Origin: Podarcis gaigeae
Taxonomy: Eukaryota
NCBI GenBank assembly: GCA_964106915.2
Contig: OZ066915.1
Length of the DNA stretch: 64,000 nucleotides
Reading direction: 5' to 3' (one strand)
In this document: positions 38,400 to 50,404 of the stretch, one piece after another
Layout: every line of letters begins with the position of its first letter
Numbering within the stretch: position 1 is the stretch's first letter
Program-made: the position numbers and the translations under genes
Notes under the pieces: model-generated
The model's database searches: none
What the model saw: the letters and a program-made list of their open reading frames with translations, nothing else
What the model was told of the DNA's origin: nothing

Positions 38400-39460
38400 A
38401 AAGTTGCGGTGTTGCTGTTGGCACTCTTATATTCCTGAGTAGTGTGTATTTGTTTTTTGAGTCAAGTATTTTCTGATTTACTTCCAACATTCACCTTCAT
38501 CAAGAAACCTGCCTCTCCAAGTTCTGCCCATCATTTTAGAGGAGTCTTTTTTGTGCATTTGATTTTAGCTGCAGTGTTTCATGATACTAGAGGGGGGAAA
38601 TTAAATCCCCCCTCTTTTCTCTTGCTGAAGGTTGTGAATGCTGTGTTGCAGTTTCCCCCTATCTTTATTATGTGAAAGTCTCTGGATACTTGTCTTCATT
38701 TCCCCAAGACTCCCAAGATTTGTGCAGTGTCATAAAACCACGAGTTTTAATTTTCTAGCTGCTAAACTCTAGTTTCATTCTGCCTCTTCTCAGATTTAAT
38801 TTTTGCTTCTGTAGCTTTCTTGCAGACCAGATAACGTTTTTATAGCATCTCTTCCAACCTTGCTTGCTGAGATACCACATCCTATTTTATCTAAGTTGCC
38901 TCCTCCTCTTGCTCTAAATGATCAAGGATCTTGTCAAAGCATTTCTGCAGGGCTGCAAAGTTTTCCCCTAAAATATCTTTTGAGTTATGGGACCTAATTT
39001 CTCCACCAGTCTGACACTGCAAATGCACATGATCAGTCTATTATTCAGTTGATTGTGAGTATCTCAGTTATTTTAAAAGGTTGTTCTCTCTCTTCAACTG
39101 TGGCTTATCTTTGTGTTATCCAATCTTTCCCAATTTCATTTTTCTGAGCCATATTAGAAATGTACCTTTCCACAGCATTATTACGCCTTTTATACCTCTG
39201 TGGTTTGCTTAGTGGGTCCCGTCCCCCCATTTTATTGTTGAAAGTATCATCATTAAATGATAGAAAGCACAAGTAGACCCTCAGATGTCTCTGTCACCCA
39301 GTTTAACATTCTTGTTCAGCTTTCCACATTTTCAGTAAGCTGGATTCCATCTAATCTATCAGTGGGTTAGTGGCATCCTTTGCCTGGTGCTCCTGATTCA
39401 GTTTCAGATAAATGCCTTTTCTTTCATTCAGCTGAGGTTGCGGTATTTCCTGACTAATTT
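38400..39460 (-). mobile_element. Decayed L1-clade LINE reverse-transcriptase relic
   Basis: Minus-strand remnants in the expected order: TRQ-GCPL-like (about 39365-39395), FxDD-like (about 39245) and PFKYLGI-like (about 39060-39080), all with frameshifts. Confidence 0.5.
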
Positions 39461-41270
39461 TAAACTTTTAATATTTATAGTCCACCTTTCCTTTAAGGAG
39501 TTTTGTGGTGGCATACATGGTTTTTCCTCCTCCTCTCCATTTTATTCTCACCACAACCCAGAATAATATACTATGAAAACTTACCGTAAGTCAACATCAA
39601 CCAGCAAGGAATATCATTCCCAGCAGGCCCTGACCTTGCTTCCCTATCCTGCTTAACTGATCTGAGCTTTGGGCATCCATATCCTGTTCATGTCCCTACT
39701 TGTAAAGGCCCCAGAGAATATTGAGGCTAGTCAAACAGAAACAGACATTTTCAGAATTATTTATTAAATTTATATTCTGCTCTTCTTCCCAAAAGAGCCC
39801 AGAATGGACTTGAATCGTTTCTTTTTAAAGCCTTATACAGTTGGTATGTTCATTGTTACCCACAAACATTAATTTACTATTAATATACAGTACAATTAAT
39901 AAGAGGAAGTGAAATACAAAACTATGAAATACTGTGACAGGTTAATGTATAAAATATCGGCCTTGTTTATTGATCCTGCTTTTCTTGGTTACATGCCACC
40001 CATGACCAGGGTTGTTCTTCAATAATAATAATAAAGGAAGTCCTTCTTGTCTCTTTGGTTTGTCCACAGCTATACCAGCTGAACACGTGTGTGTCCCCTC
40101 CTTTTCTCTTTCTTTCTTTGTCATCCCTCTGCCTCTCCCTCTTCTCCACAGATCTTCTCGTTCTCCTTTTTTTTCAATCAATTCCAATGGAATCTGCAGG
40201 GTCCATGTGTGCCGCTCACCCTTAACAATACATAACAATAAATTCCAATAGGGTGTTCCCATTTTATCAGCTCTTCAAGCTGCTGAATTCTTAGAAAATG
40301 CAGAGCTTTAGTCAGTTGTTTCCTACCCACAGTAAAGAAATCACTGGCAAGTAAGCTGCACAAACTGAAAATACAAGTGCAGTTGACAGAGAATCACCTT
40401 AAAAATATGTGAGATCTTAAATAAAAGGTTTCCATTATTGAGTTAGGAAGAAAAGCACACAACTAATGGAATAGAGACAAAATTTAGGATAGAGATGAAA
40501 CATTGGAGAGTTAGTTTTAAAATATTTTTGTTAAGATTTGTGAACCTTTAGGAGTGGACTTGTACAACATCTAACATACATTAATAAATGAGGAGAAGAT
40601 GGGGAAACTGCAGAAAAAGCACAAATAGGTGTCTCTAAGGAAACATGGACTAGGTTGCTGCTAAGAGTCCATATGTCAGTGGTTCACGAGAACTTAAACA
40701 TTGCCTTACTTGATCAGATGAAAGACCTGTATATTCAGCATTCTGACTCCATTGGCAGTCAGGCAGTTGCCTTAGGAAGATTCATAAGCAGGGCATGGTG
40801 GTGATAGCATATATTGTTGCTTGTCCCAGCATCTGGTAATTAGAAGATGCTATCTTTGAACACATGGGTAATAAATCATAGATAAATCTGTCCTCTGTGA
40901 ATTTGCACTTATCCTCTACAAACATATTTGAACCAAACAATTACTTACAGGAGCTAGTACCGTGTTGTGTACTGGATTATTATTTATATGTTGCAGATGG
41001 AAGGAAGATTTATAAAATTCACAGGGAGATTGTCTTGGAAATTCCTTCCTCTGAAGACTACTTTTAGCAGTGTTATTTAATGTCTGTGGAATATCTTTTG
41101 GAAAGGCTCTGTAGATTGTATACATTGGTTTGGATGTAATCTGCATGTGTGTTCTAAAGTGTCCTGGAAATTCTGTGGATGCAAAATATCACATGAAGAA
41201 GGCTCTCCAGAATATCTGGTTGAGGAAGAGCAAGCATTTTGAACTAAGTTGTTTGAGGAAACCTAAGAGT

Positions 41271-41617
41271 GGGATGCGAGTGGTGCTGTGGTCTAAACCA
41301 CTGAGCCTAGGGCTTGCCAATCGGAAGGTCAGCGGTTCAAATCCCCGTGACAGGGTGAGGTCCCGTTTCTCGGTCCCTGCTCTGCCAACCTAGCAGTTTG
41401 AAAGCACGTGCAAGTAGATAAATAGGTATCGCTCTAGCAGGAAGGTAAACGGTGTTTCCGTGTGCTGCTCTGGTTCGCCAGAAGTGGCTTAGTCATGCTG
41501 GCCACATGACCCGGAAGCTGTACGCTGGCTCCCTCGGCCAGTAAAGCGAGATGAGCGCCGCAACCCCAGAGTCATCTGCGACTGGACCTAACAGTCAGGG
41601 ATCCCTTTACCTTTTAT
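41271..41617 (+). mobile_element. Sauria SINE, full length
   Basis: Same family as the 32958 copy; 8-bp TSD ctaagagt at 41263-41270 and 41618-41625. Confidence 0.92.
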
Positions 41618-44600
41618 CTAAGAGTCAGCTTAATGAAGTTGGCTGATTTGAGCTGCTTAGAGATTGGGACATATTTATTTGGTCATACACAGGTGCTTAA
41701 TGAAATAAACCTGTGTTTTCAGAGCCTTCCTTATCTTGAACTGCCACAACTACTTCCCTCTATCCTGCTTTACCAAGCAACTTCAGTTCGCCAAGCCCTT
41801 TCACCCAGACAACACATGTAGCCAGCAAGCTAGGGTTGCTGTGATCGGTTTCATGTCCATGTGTGTATATATTCACACCACTTCCTCTGATTGGGGCAAT
41901 GTAATTAGCTCTTGCATTCTCAGCATACCTGTCACCTCCTAATGAGGGCTCCATAAAACAACATCCCATGATCCAGTTTCCTGCAGCACTTCTGGCCAGT
42001 TGTAAATCTCAGCTTTTACAATTTTGGGACAGCAAAACAGATGGAATAACTTTTTTGTTTGCGGGTCTGCCTTTCGGGACAGTATTTGATTTCCTTTGTA
42101 TAATCTGCATTCTTTAAATAAAATAAAGATAAATAATAAAAGTAAAATTATCAGTGCTTTACTAGATCCTACATAGCACTCAGACATGCACAGTTCTGTC
42201 CAGGACCTTGCCTACATGGTTACAGGGATAAAGGTAAAATTCTGAAGGAGAGAAGAATGGTGTGGATTATTGCACCAAATAGGATACATCCTTCCTCTAT
42301 GTATGTCATTGTGAAGAATCATGTAGCGTTAGGGCTAAGGCAGTGATTATTAGATGTGTATACTTCCTGATCCAAGGACATAAACCCACCACACTTGCCA
42401 AACATGTTTTGTTTGACTTGGATTGGGATCTTTCCGATTTGGACAGAACAGTCAGAAGAGTGCAGTTCTATTCAGTCCTGTGTTTAGCAAAGTGTTGGGG
42501 TTAGGCGAAGGTTCATTTGCCTAGTAAGAATCATTCAAATCTCACCTTGAAAGGTATTTGAAAGGCATTGGGGGGGGTGGAGTTCTTTTTTCCAGGTGCC
42601 TTCCCTTTAGGGTTACACAGAGTGGATCAAAATGAATGGGAAGGATAAGTTAACACTGGCGTGATCGGTAGTGACTTTAAGTGTGAAGCATTAAGGGCTA
42701 TTTGGGAGAGCTGTTTTTTCCTGTTTGTTTACTTTTATACTGCCCCCCCCCCCCCGATTTTGACAACGTTGTCTGGTTCTTTATGAGGTGGCACCAGGTC
42801 AGCAACTGGAATGCCCATCTTCCATTTCAGTCTGAACTTCTCAGTGTGTCATTCTTTCTTGGGAGCACTGCACTCTGCTTTCTTTTCTAGGAATAGCTAC
42901 AACCCTGGGTTTTATTAATAATGTTTGCTTTAGCTTGCACTGTGCTGTCCCTGTCTAGAATGCCGGACTTGATTATTTTGGGGTCTGGTTGTGCATTCTC
43001 CATGTGAAAGTGATGGCTTATTAGCGATGGTACATTCTGTGGGAAGAAAGGACTTGCTGACATTCTAACCATCTCCACAACTTGGATGAGAGAACTAAAT
43101 GAATTGCTGCCACTCTTTCCCAAGTTTCAGTGTTTGTCACAAAACATGAGAAAACGGTGCTAGATGAACGAGCGCTAACTAAATCTCATCAGTGGAGCAA
43201 TTTACCATCAATAAATTTAGATGCTATGGCGGTATAGAAGCATTTCCAAAGGTGACTGCTTAAAATCACTTAGTGGTTGTATTAAACACCTTAAATCACT
43301 TATAATAGTGATCGTATTAAACAGCTGGTGCCAGCAAGGATAATCTGCATATAAATACAGGCTTTCCACAGCATCCTTTTTTGGATTGCATCTCTTGCAC
43401 ACAACCCACTACTTAGGGCTGCACATAACCTTGATTGCCACTCTTAGAGCTGACAGCCTTGACAATCATCCATTTGTACAGGGGAATGGACTGAAGTCAG
43501 CTCCCCTTTTCTCTCCCAGCAGGTGATCAGCGCACTCTCAGAGTTTGACACCACCATCTGTCCAGCAGGCCCATGCACGGCAATCCTTGTGCATGATAGC
43601 CTGTGTATAGCTCATTGCTCTGGACTAGAGTATGTGATTTAGAGCTGTAGAACGGATGCAAAGTAGATCTAAAAAAATAATAGTCATGGGCTAAATGATA
43701 TTAGAATATCATTTTAATAAGGCATTGACCCATTTTGATTTTTGCGACACATGCCAGATAAGCACTTAGGAATGATGGAAATGCTATTTAAATTATATAC
43801 ATATAGTGCTTAAATGGTATGTTAGTATTAGGGTTTTTTTTCCTGTGACAGCATTCCCCAATGTGGTGTCCTCTGGATGTTTTGGCATACAGCTCTTTTG
43901 ATTCCAGACTACTGGGTAGTTGTAGTTCAAGCAATCAGGAGAGCACATTAGGGAAGGATGACCTAGAGAATCAAAAGTAATTCAGTTTCAGTTTAGGTTC
44001 CAATCCTCAGTGGGTTTTTCTTTTAGAGCTTATCAACAAAAATGAGAAACTCTGATTTCCATCCTCTGTCCACCTTTAAGGTGATCAGAGTTCCTTTCTC
44101 TCTCACAATGCAATCCTGTGCATGTTTACTTGGAAAAGTCCTGTTGTGTTTTTGTCATAAATGTGTTCAGGATTGCAGCCTTAATCTGGGAACAAGGACT
44201 AGGAGGAAACAATTGCGAAAGGCTGTTTTGGAATATTTCTCAGTTATATAGTTTGATGATTCAGTGTTAGGGCATGTAAGAAAAAAATGAGAGGCATTAG
44301 GGAACATTTTTTGATCCTGTCCAAGAATTCGCTAGGGGCTAGGAATCATAAGGCTGTTTTTTAAAAATAAGGATAGGTCCCCTGTGTTCTGATCGCAAGC
44401 ATGCTTTAGCATAATCAGATTGCTCCAGTGATATGAATGGTATGGTGCCCAGTAAGATGGTGTTGGAGAGTAAACAAGGGAAACTGAGAGCTAAGACCTT
44501 TGGACTCTTTGTTTCTTGCTGTTTAAAAAAAACTTAATGGGGAGAAAGAAGTTGCTAGGAATATGGAATAATGGAATATGGAATAACGAAGGTTTCAAAA

Positions 44601-44935
44601 TAAGGTGTGTCTCCTTCTTCCAGCATCCTTGTAGCTTCTTGTAACTGATTCAAGAATCATATCAACGCCAGCTCTCCAGGGGAAGTATAACGTATGGTTC
44701 TGGGAACCATACATAGCTCCAGCCTTGCACATGTGTGCAAACTTTCTATTCTAATATTTTCCTTCTTAGGAATAGAACCAAAGATATCCCAAAGTATAAT
44801 ACAGTAACTCAGCCTCAAATTGTACATAATGGCTTTGCTGGACACTCAAATACAGGGATTCTTGAGCTATAAACTTTTTAAGATTTAAAACTCTGCCAGT
44901 GCATTAAAAGAAGAAAATGCTTTTTGCTATATATA

Positions 44936-44941
44936 TTTATT
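44936..44941 (-). terminator. Candidate distal polyadenylation signal of a minus-strand transcript (probably GDF11)
   Basis: The minus strand reads a T-rich tract, TGTAC, AATAAA, then a T-rich downstream element (ttttcttctttt). Confidence 0.45.
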
Positions 44942-45521
44942 GTACAAAAAAAATCTAAAAAAGGACAAAGAGAAATTGGAACAGAAGCAATGGTTATGAT
45001 ATACTGGACAGACTAAAGCCAGTTACAGAACAAATTTAGTTTATACAACACAGAAGAGAAATATAGCCAAGGCAATCCTTATTTGTGTTTGCTTTCCTCT
45101 AATTTTCTTTTTCTAAGATGTATGTGAAATAACAGCTGTTACAAGATCCAGTTGTTCTGACCCCAGTTCCTCATAAATGAGTGCCATCTTAATTTAATTT
45201 TTGTGTTTTCAGTCAGTAACCCCTATGGGGCAGGAGAGATTAGAAAATATGTGCAATGGTGGATTTTTGGCAAAGCGAACAGCTAGGAGCTTGTTCAACT
45301 GAGAGAGGAATACTGTTTTCACGGTAAAAGGTCTGTGACATAATTCTTAACTAACTCTAAATTTGTTAAGTGAAACAGACCATAACTGTGTCAATTTGAT
45401 AAATGGCAATGAAACCATGTAAAAAAACAGCATAAAAAATAGGGTATGATATGGCATGATTTTTGAAGGCAGCAAAATGCCAGCAGAATTAGATTGGTTT
45501 ATTTTTTCCAATAAATAGGTA

Positions 45522-45759
45522 CAGTGGTACCTTGGTTTACGAACTTAATCCGTTCCGGAAGCCCGTTCTTAAACCAAGGCGTGCTTTCCCATAGCAGCGG
45601 GGGACTCAGTTTACAAATGGAACACACTCAACAGGAAGCGAAACATGTTCTGCTTCCAAGGCAAAGTTCACAAACCAAAACACCTACTTCCAGGTTTGCA
45701 GCTTTCTTAATCCAAGTTGTTCATAAACTAAGCCGGTCTTAAACCAAGGTACCCCATTG
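45522..45759. mobile_element. Tc1/mariner MITE, different subfamily
   Basis: TIR cagtggtaccttggttta / taaaccaaggtaccccattg, TA flanks; the interior differs from the other three. Confidence 0.8.
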
Positions 45760-47433
45760 TACTGAAAAATTTACAGAGAAGTCCTAACACTCAGATCCAC
45801 TGGCTGGAGGGGTTAGGATTAGGCAGAGGTGCCTCTCTATCAGCAAAGAAGCATTCTGCTTCTAGGCAGATCACTTCAGCAGTGGGGGCTCTCACCAGGC
45901 CCATGGAATGCTGCATGGACACTGCAGAGTGGAGATGGGGTTGGGGTGAATTTGAGTCTACTAGGTTGAAGTCCCCTTCATTCTCTTGAAAGAGGCCCAA
46001 CGATCTGGTTCTCTCCACCTATGTCAGCCTAAAGCTGGTATAAATAATTTCCCCCCACTGGAATCAATGGGTGGTGTGGTTTTTTTTAAAAAATCCACCA
46101 CTTCACACCCCACCCCACTTAGAGTAACTATCAGTCATTTCTGTGCCTTTACATTTTCCTTATTTCTGGATTCTGTAATTAAGTCTCATACTACTGGTAT
46201 AAAAGATTCCCTGTTCCACAGATTATACAGAGATAAAGCTAATTTGCCTCAAAGTTACACCAAAATTGATGCCGAAGCTTACAGAAGAGTTAAATAGTTT
46301 TAAGAGCAAGCCCTTTAGTACTAAGTATTATGCCATCCATTCTCCTGTTGACACATTCTTGACTCACAGGCAACAGCAAAAAACTGTCTTTCTAGGACTC
46401 CTCTTTTCCCCATAAATGAGGCACAATCTGTAATTGTGCTAAAAGTCTAACTTCAGCCTCTTCTCCCAGACTTAATTATTTGGCATGGGTTCTTCTCGCT
46501 CGTCCATGACAACTTGGGGGAAACTAAAGCTAGCTGGACATTGGTTGGCTAATTCTAAACTATTAAAGATCTTCAGAAAGATTTGATAGCAAGAAGAAGT
46601 ACATAAATGGCCAGTAGATGTTTATTTCACTGAGAAATCAGCTAGTGAGTTAGTTTGCCCTATGAGCATTGTATTCAGTAGCATGGCAATAACAAGACAC
46701 TTTGTGGCTTGGAAGTCAGATATAACAATGTGTGGTTGCTGAGATGGCAGAACTACGCAGTGTATTGCCTTCGGCAGGAAAGGATTCGACACCAAGATTC
46801 ATATGCACTAATCTTCACACACAGCCATTACAAAAAGAGAAAGCACAGACATAAAAGTATCTCTTCTTGAGCTCTAGGGTGTGTCACAAAAGGGAAAGCC
46901 CATCCTAGTCTCTTTAAATTTTCTTTAACCTTCTATAGTGCAAATGGTACCTTAGCCCAAAGCAGTCTTTCAATACAGACAATTTTTACAGTGAACATTC
47001 AGCATTTTTAAGTCCAGATGCTTTGCTTCACTCCTGCAAAGTCTCTGAGGCCTCCTCAAATGTCCTGATAGGATAGCCTCTTGCTTCCAAAGTGAACTGG
47101 TATCCCTTTTGTAGAGAAAGGCAGCCATTCAAGATGTTGGTGGATAGGTGTGAATGGGACACACACTGCCCCAATACAACAGAAGTCCCTGTTGATTAAC
47201 ACCAGCCATGGACCTAAAACCAACTTGCACCTTTTGGGGAAACTAAAATGACTATATGGCACGATGCATGCTATAGTGGCATTAGCTTTCCTCTCAGAAT
47301 CCCAGTTTCCCTTCATTGGCAGTCAGTCTCAAGACAGCCAATGGGTTTCCATCTGGAAAGGTTGAGATGACAGCTATGCACGTCCCACATGCAGGACTGG
47401 AGTGAAAAGCTCTGAACTCTTATTTTTTTATAT

Positions 47434-47467
47434 TTTAATTTTTTTTATATATTTTTACATTTTTATT
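47434..47467 (-). terminator. Candidate intermediate polyadenylation region (AATAAA plus ATTAAA) for GDF11
   Basis: tttatt at 47462-47467 and tttaat at 47434-47439, in an AT-rich block typical of 3' ends. Confidence 0.35.
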
Positions 47468-50254
47468 TTGTTGTTCAAGTGCTGTGTTTGGTCATGTGAT
47501 CAAAACAAACAAACAAAAACAATCTTAACCAGTGAATGGCCTTTTGGTCATGTGATTTAAAAAATACTTTGCCTGTGTCACTGTCATCCTCAAACTCATT
47601 TCTTCATTTCATACCCACAGGCACATGCGCTCACATGCTCACACTCGCGCTCACACTCACTCATACACCCCTATGACATTTATGCACAGTAACATCAACA
47701 AAAAAGTTAATAATAATAATATACTTGTAGGACTGATATTTACATGCATACATCCAAAAATAGCCATGCCTGTTTGCCTTTTGTGAGTCAAATTACCCAA
47801 AGCAAAATACTATCCCATCAAAGGAGCCACTTGTAGCAGGTGAATTGGAATTATCTTTCTAGTTTAGCACCATTGGGCAGTAAAAGGGTAGGGTGGGGAA
47901 TCAAACCACCCAAATCCCAGAAAGAAAACATCCACGTTTCAGGTGAGACCTCCCCATCTATTTTGTGTACCGTACTTAATGGGTAGGCTGCATTAGTGTT
48001 CAACAGGAAAAGAACGGTAAAATGGACTGTATCATTGCAGTCCTAAGCGCACTTACCCTCAGGTAAGCATTACTGAACATAGCAGGGCTTATTTCTGAAT
48101 AAGCGTTCATGGGATCAGGTTGCATGCCTCTCAAAACAATCCTTAAAGGCATTTGTTCTACTGGGACTTTTATCTCCACATGTGAGATTTAGGAATAGAT
48201 TCTCCATCACTCTTCAGATACTCTATTATCAGGAATGGGGAACCTTTGGCCCTCCAGGTGATGATGGACTACAGCTCCCATGATCCTTGACCATTAACCA
48301 TGCTTGCTGGGTTATAAGAACCAGGAGTCTATGTGGAGGGCCCTGGGGTCCCCGTGTCTGCTCTATATTAATGAGGTACGCATTAACCAAAACACAATGA
48401 ACTGGCCTTGGTAAGAAAATAATAGATTATGAAAAAAATGTTCTCCAGTTATCAGCCATTCCCTCAACAATCCCTTCTGATCATAGTCTCTGTGATGTAC
48501 AAATGCATCTAATGAGCTACTTGTACGCATATCCCAATACAGTGATTCCATCCCAATACAATTAATTGCATATTCTGTGTTAACCCTAAACTTCAGCTAT
48601 TTTCAGCTAACCATTTTGAATGTCTGCTGTTATAACAAGTTTTTAAAATGTGTCCTGTTTCTCTACTGACTATGCAAGCAAGTCACAGCAATGAACTGTT
48701 TTTTGGAAAACTACACTGCATTCAAAAATAGACATTTGGAGATGTCCCATTGGAAGAAGCCCAACTCCTAGGGATCCAATTTGACCATGATCATCTCAGT
48801 TTCCACAATGATGTGTCTATATCCCTCCACCCCCTACAGCTGCTCAAAGCCACCAACAGGAAATTATATTTAATGAAAAATAGTCTTGTCGTACACTTCC
48901 CCCCTCTGCGTCTCGCAACAGGGAAGAGTTGTGTAGTGCAAAGTATGTGGCCCTGTGCCATAGCAGTTCAACTAAGAACAACTTCTTAAAGCAAGATTAA
49001 AATTAAGTATCTGATAACATAACAGCAAAATAAACCCTAGCTGGTCTTGGCAGATTTCAAACTGGGTTCTAGGAAAGAGCATTTTTCTGGAACATTTGTT
49101 GCGACGGTCCTCTCTGAATGGATATTTTGTGTAATAATATCTGCTAGATATTAGATAGCTGAGTGAGGTAATATGCCACAGCAGTGAGGATTATCACATT
49201 GATTCATGCTTTTCCTATCACAGATTAACAGTCATCTGCATGTTATTGTCAAATTCCTTTTTCAACTCAAACATTCTGATTTCAATCCCAGAAACAAAAC
49301 TCAAGCCTGCTTATTGATTTTAAAACAAACTGCACAACTATCTTCCTACTCTGTTTTTATAGAATAGTGCCAGATATAACGGTCTGAGAATATGACACTG
49401 CTAACCTGAAATCTCACTTCTATACACTTCCCTCTTTTCAGCTTCCAACCACAATTCCTTCTAAAACAATAACAGAACACATAACTCTGTTTTATGCGTA
49501 ACATAAAACCAGTGATGTGGCCACCGCAACTGAATTCGAACTCATGTTCTACTTCTTTTTATACTTCCAGAAGCAGAGAGGCAAGGGGCTGGAAGACAAG
49601 AGTTGTAACAGGATACTAGCTAGAATTGCCTCCTGTACACTGTAAGACCAGTTCAAGACCCCCTTTGCTTTCTAAGCATGCATAGATACTGTACACTTAT
49701 ACAGTTTAGAAAGCAAACATGAAAGTTGCATCCTTTGGACAAAAAGTAACACTGAGTTTCTCAAACCCCTAGTCCTTTATCAAAGCCAGTGTGTCATCTA
49801 TCAGTAACTTGGCTCTTTAGAAAGCACAGCCTCATTAAACTAGTGAAGCATGCTGTTGCCAGTGTGAATTGGATTTTCATGGTTCAGAAACATCAGGTCT
49901 GTTGGACTGAGGAGGCTGCAGGCACAGTCCTCCTGAATCTGTTAAGAAAATGGCTTCATCAACACTGTCCTGATTGTCAAATTGACCTTGCTGCCAGAGT
50001 GGGTAATGATAACAGTGGTGTTTGCATACCTAAGTGCTGGCTGGGGAGGAACAATAAAGATCCAGTAAGAAAAGCAACTGTATTTCAACTAACGTTAGAA
50101 GCGGAATAATGTCAAATGTTCTTTGTATTAAGGAATGAACTAGATGGGGAAAGAGACCGGTACCTGATTATTTCTTTTCCTTTAAAAGTCATTTCCCTTT
50201 TCTGTACCTCTTCACCAATCTCTAGTGGAGGGCCTTAGCTCCTTAACTCACAAG

Positions 50255-50404
50255 NNNNNNNNNNNNNNNNNNNNNNNNNNNNNNNNNNNNNNNNNNNNNN
50301 NNNNNNNNNNNNNNNNNNNNNNNNNNNNNNNNNNNNNNNNNNNNNNNNNNNNNNNNNNNNNNNNNNNNNNNNNNNNNNNNNNNNNNNNNNNNNNNNNNNN
50401 NNNN
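50255..50404. other. Assembly gap (150 N)
   Basis: Run of n characters. Confidence 1.

Noticed and set aside
39942-40363. Cluster of short overlapping ORFs and a possible minus-strand terminal exon (AATAAA at 39966-39971)
   Set aside because: The ORFs arise from a low-complexity purine/pyrimidine tract, the AAG acceptor is weak, and no homology was recognised.
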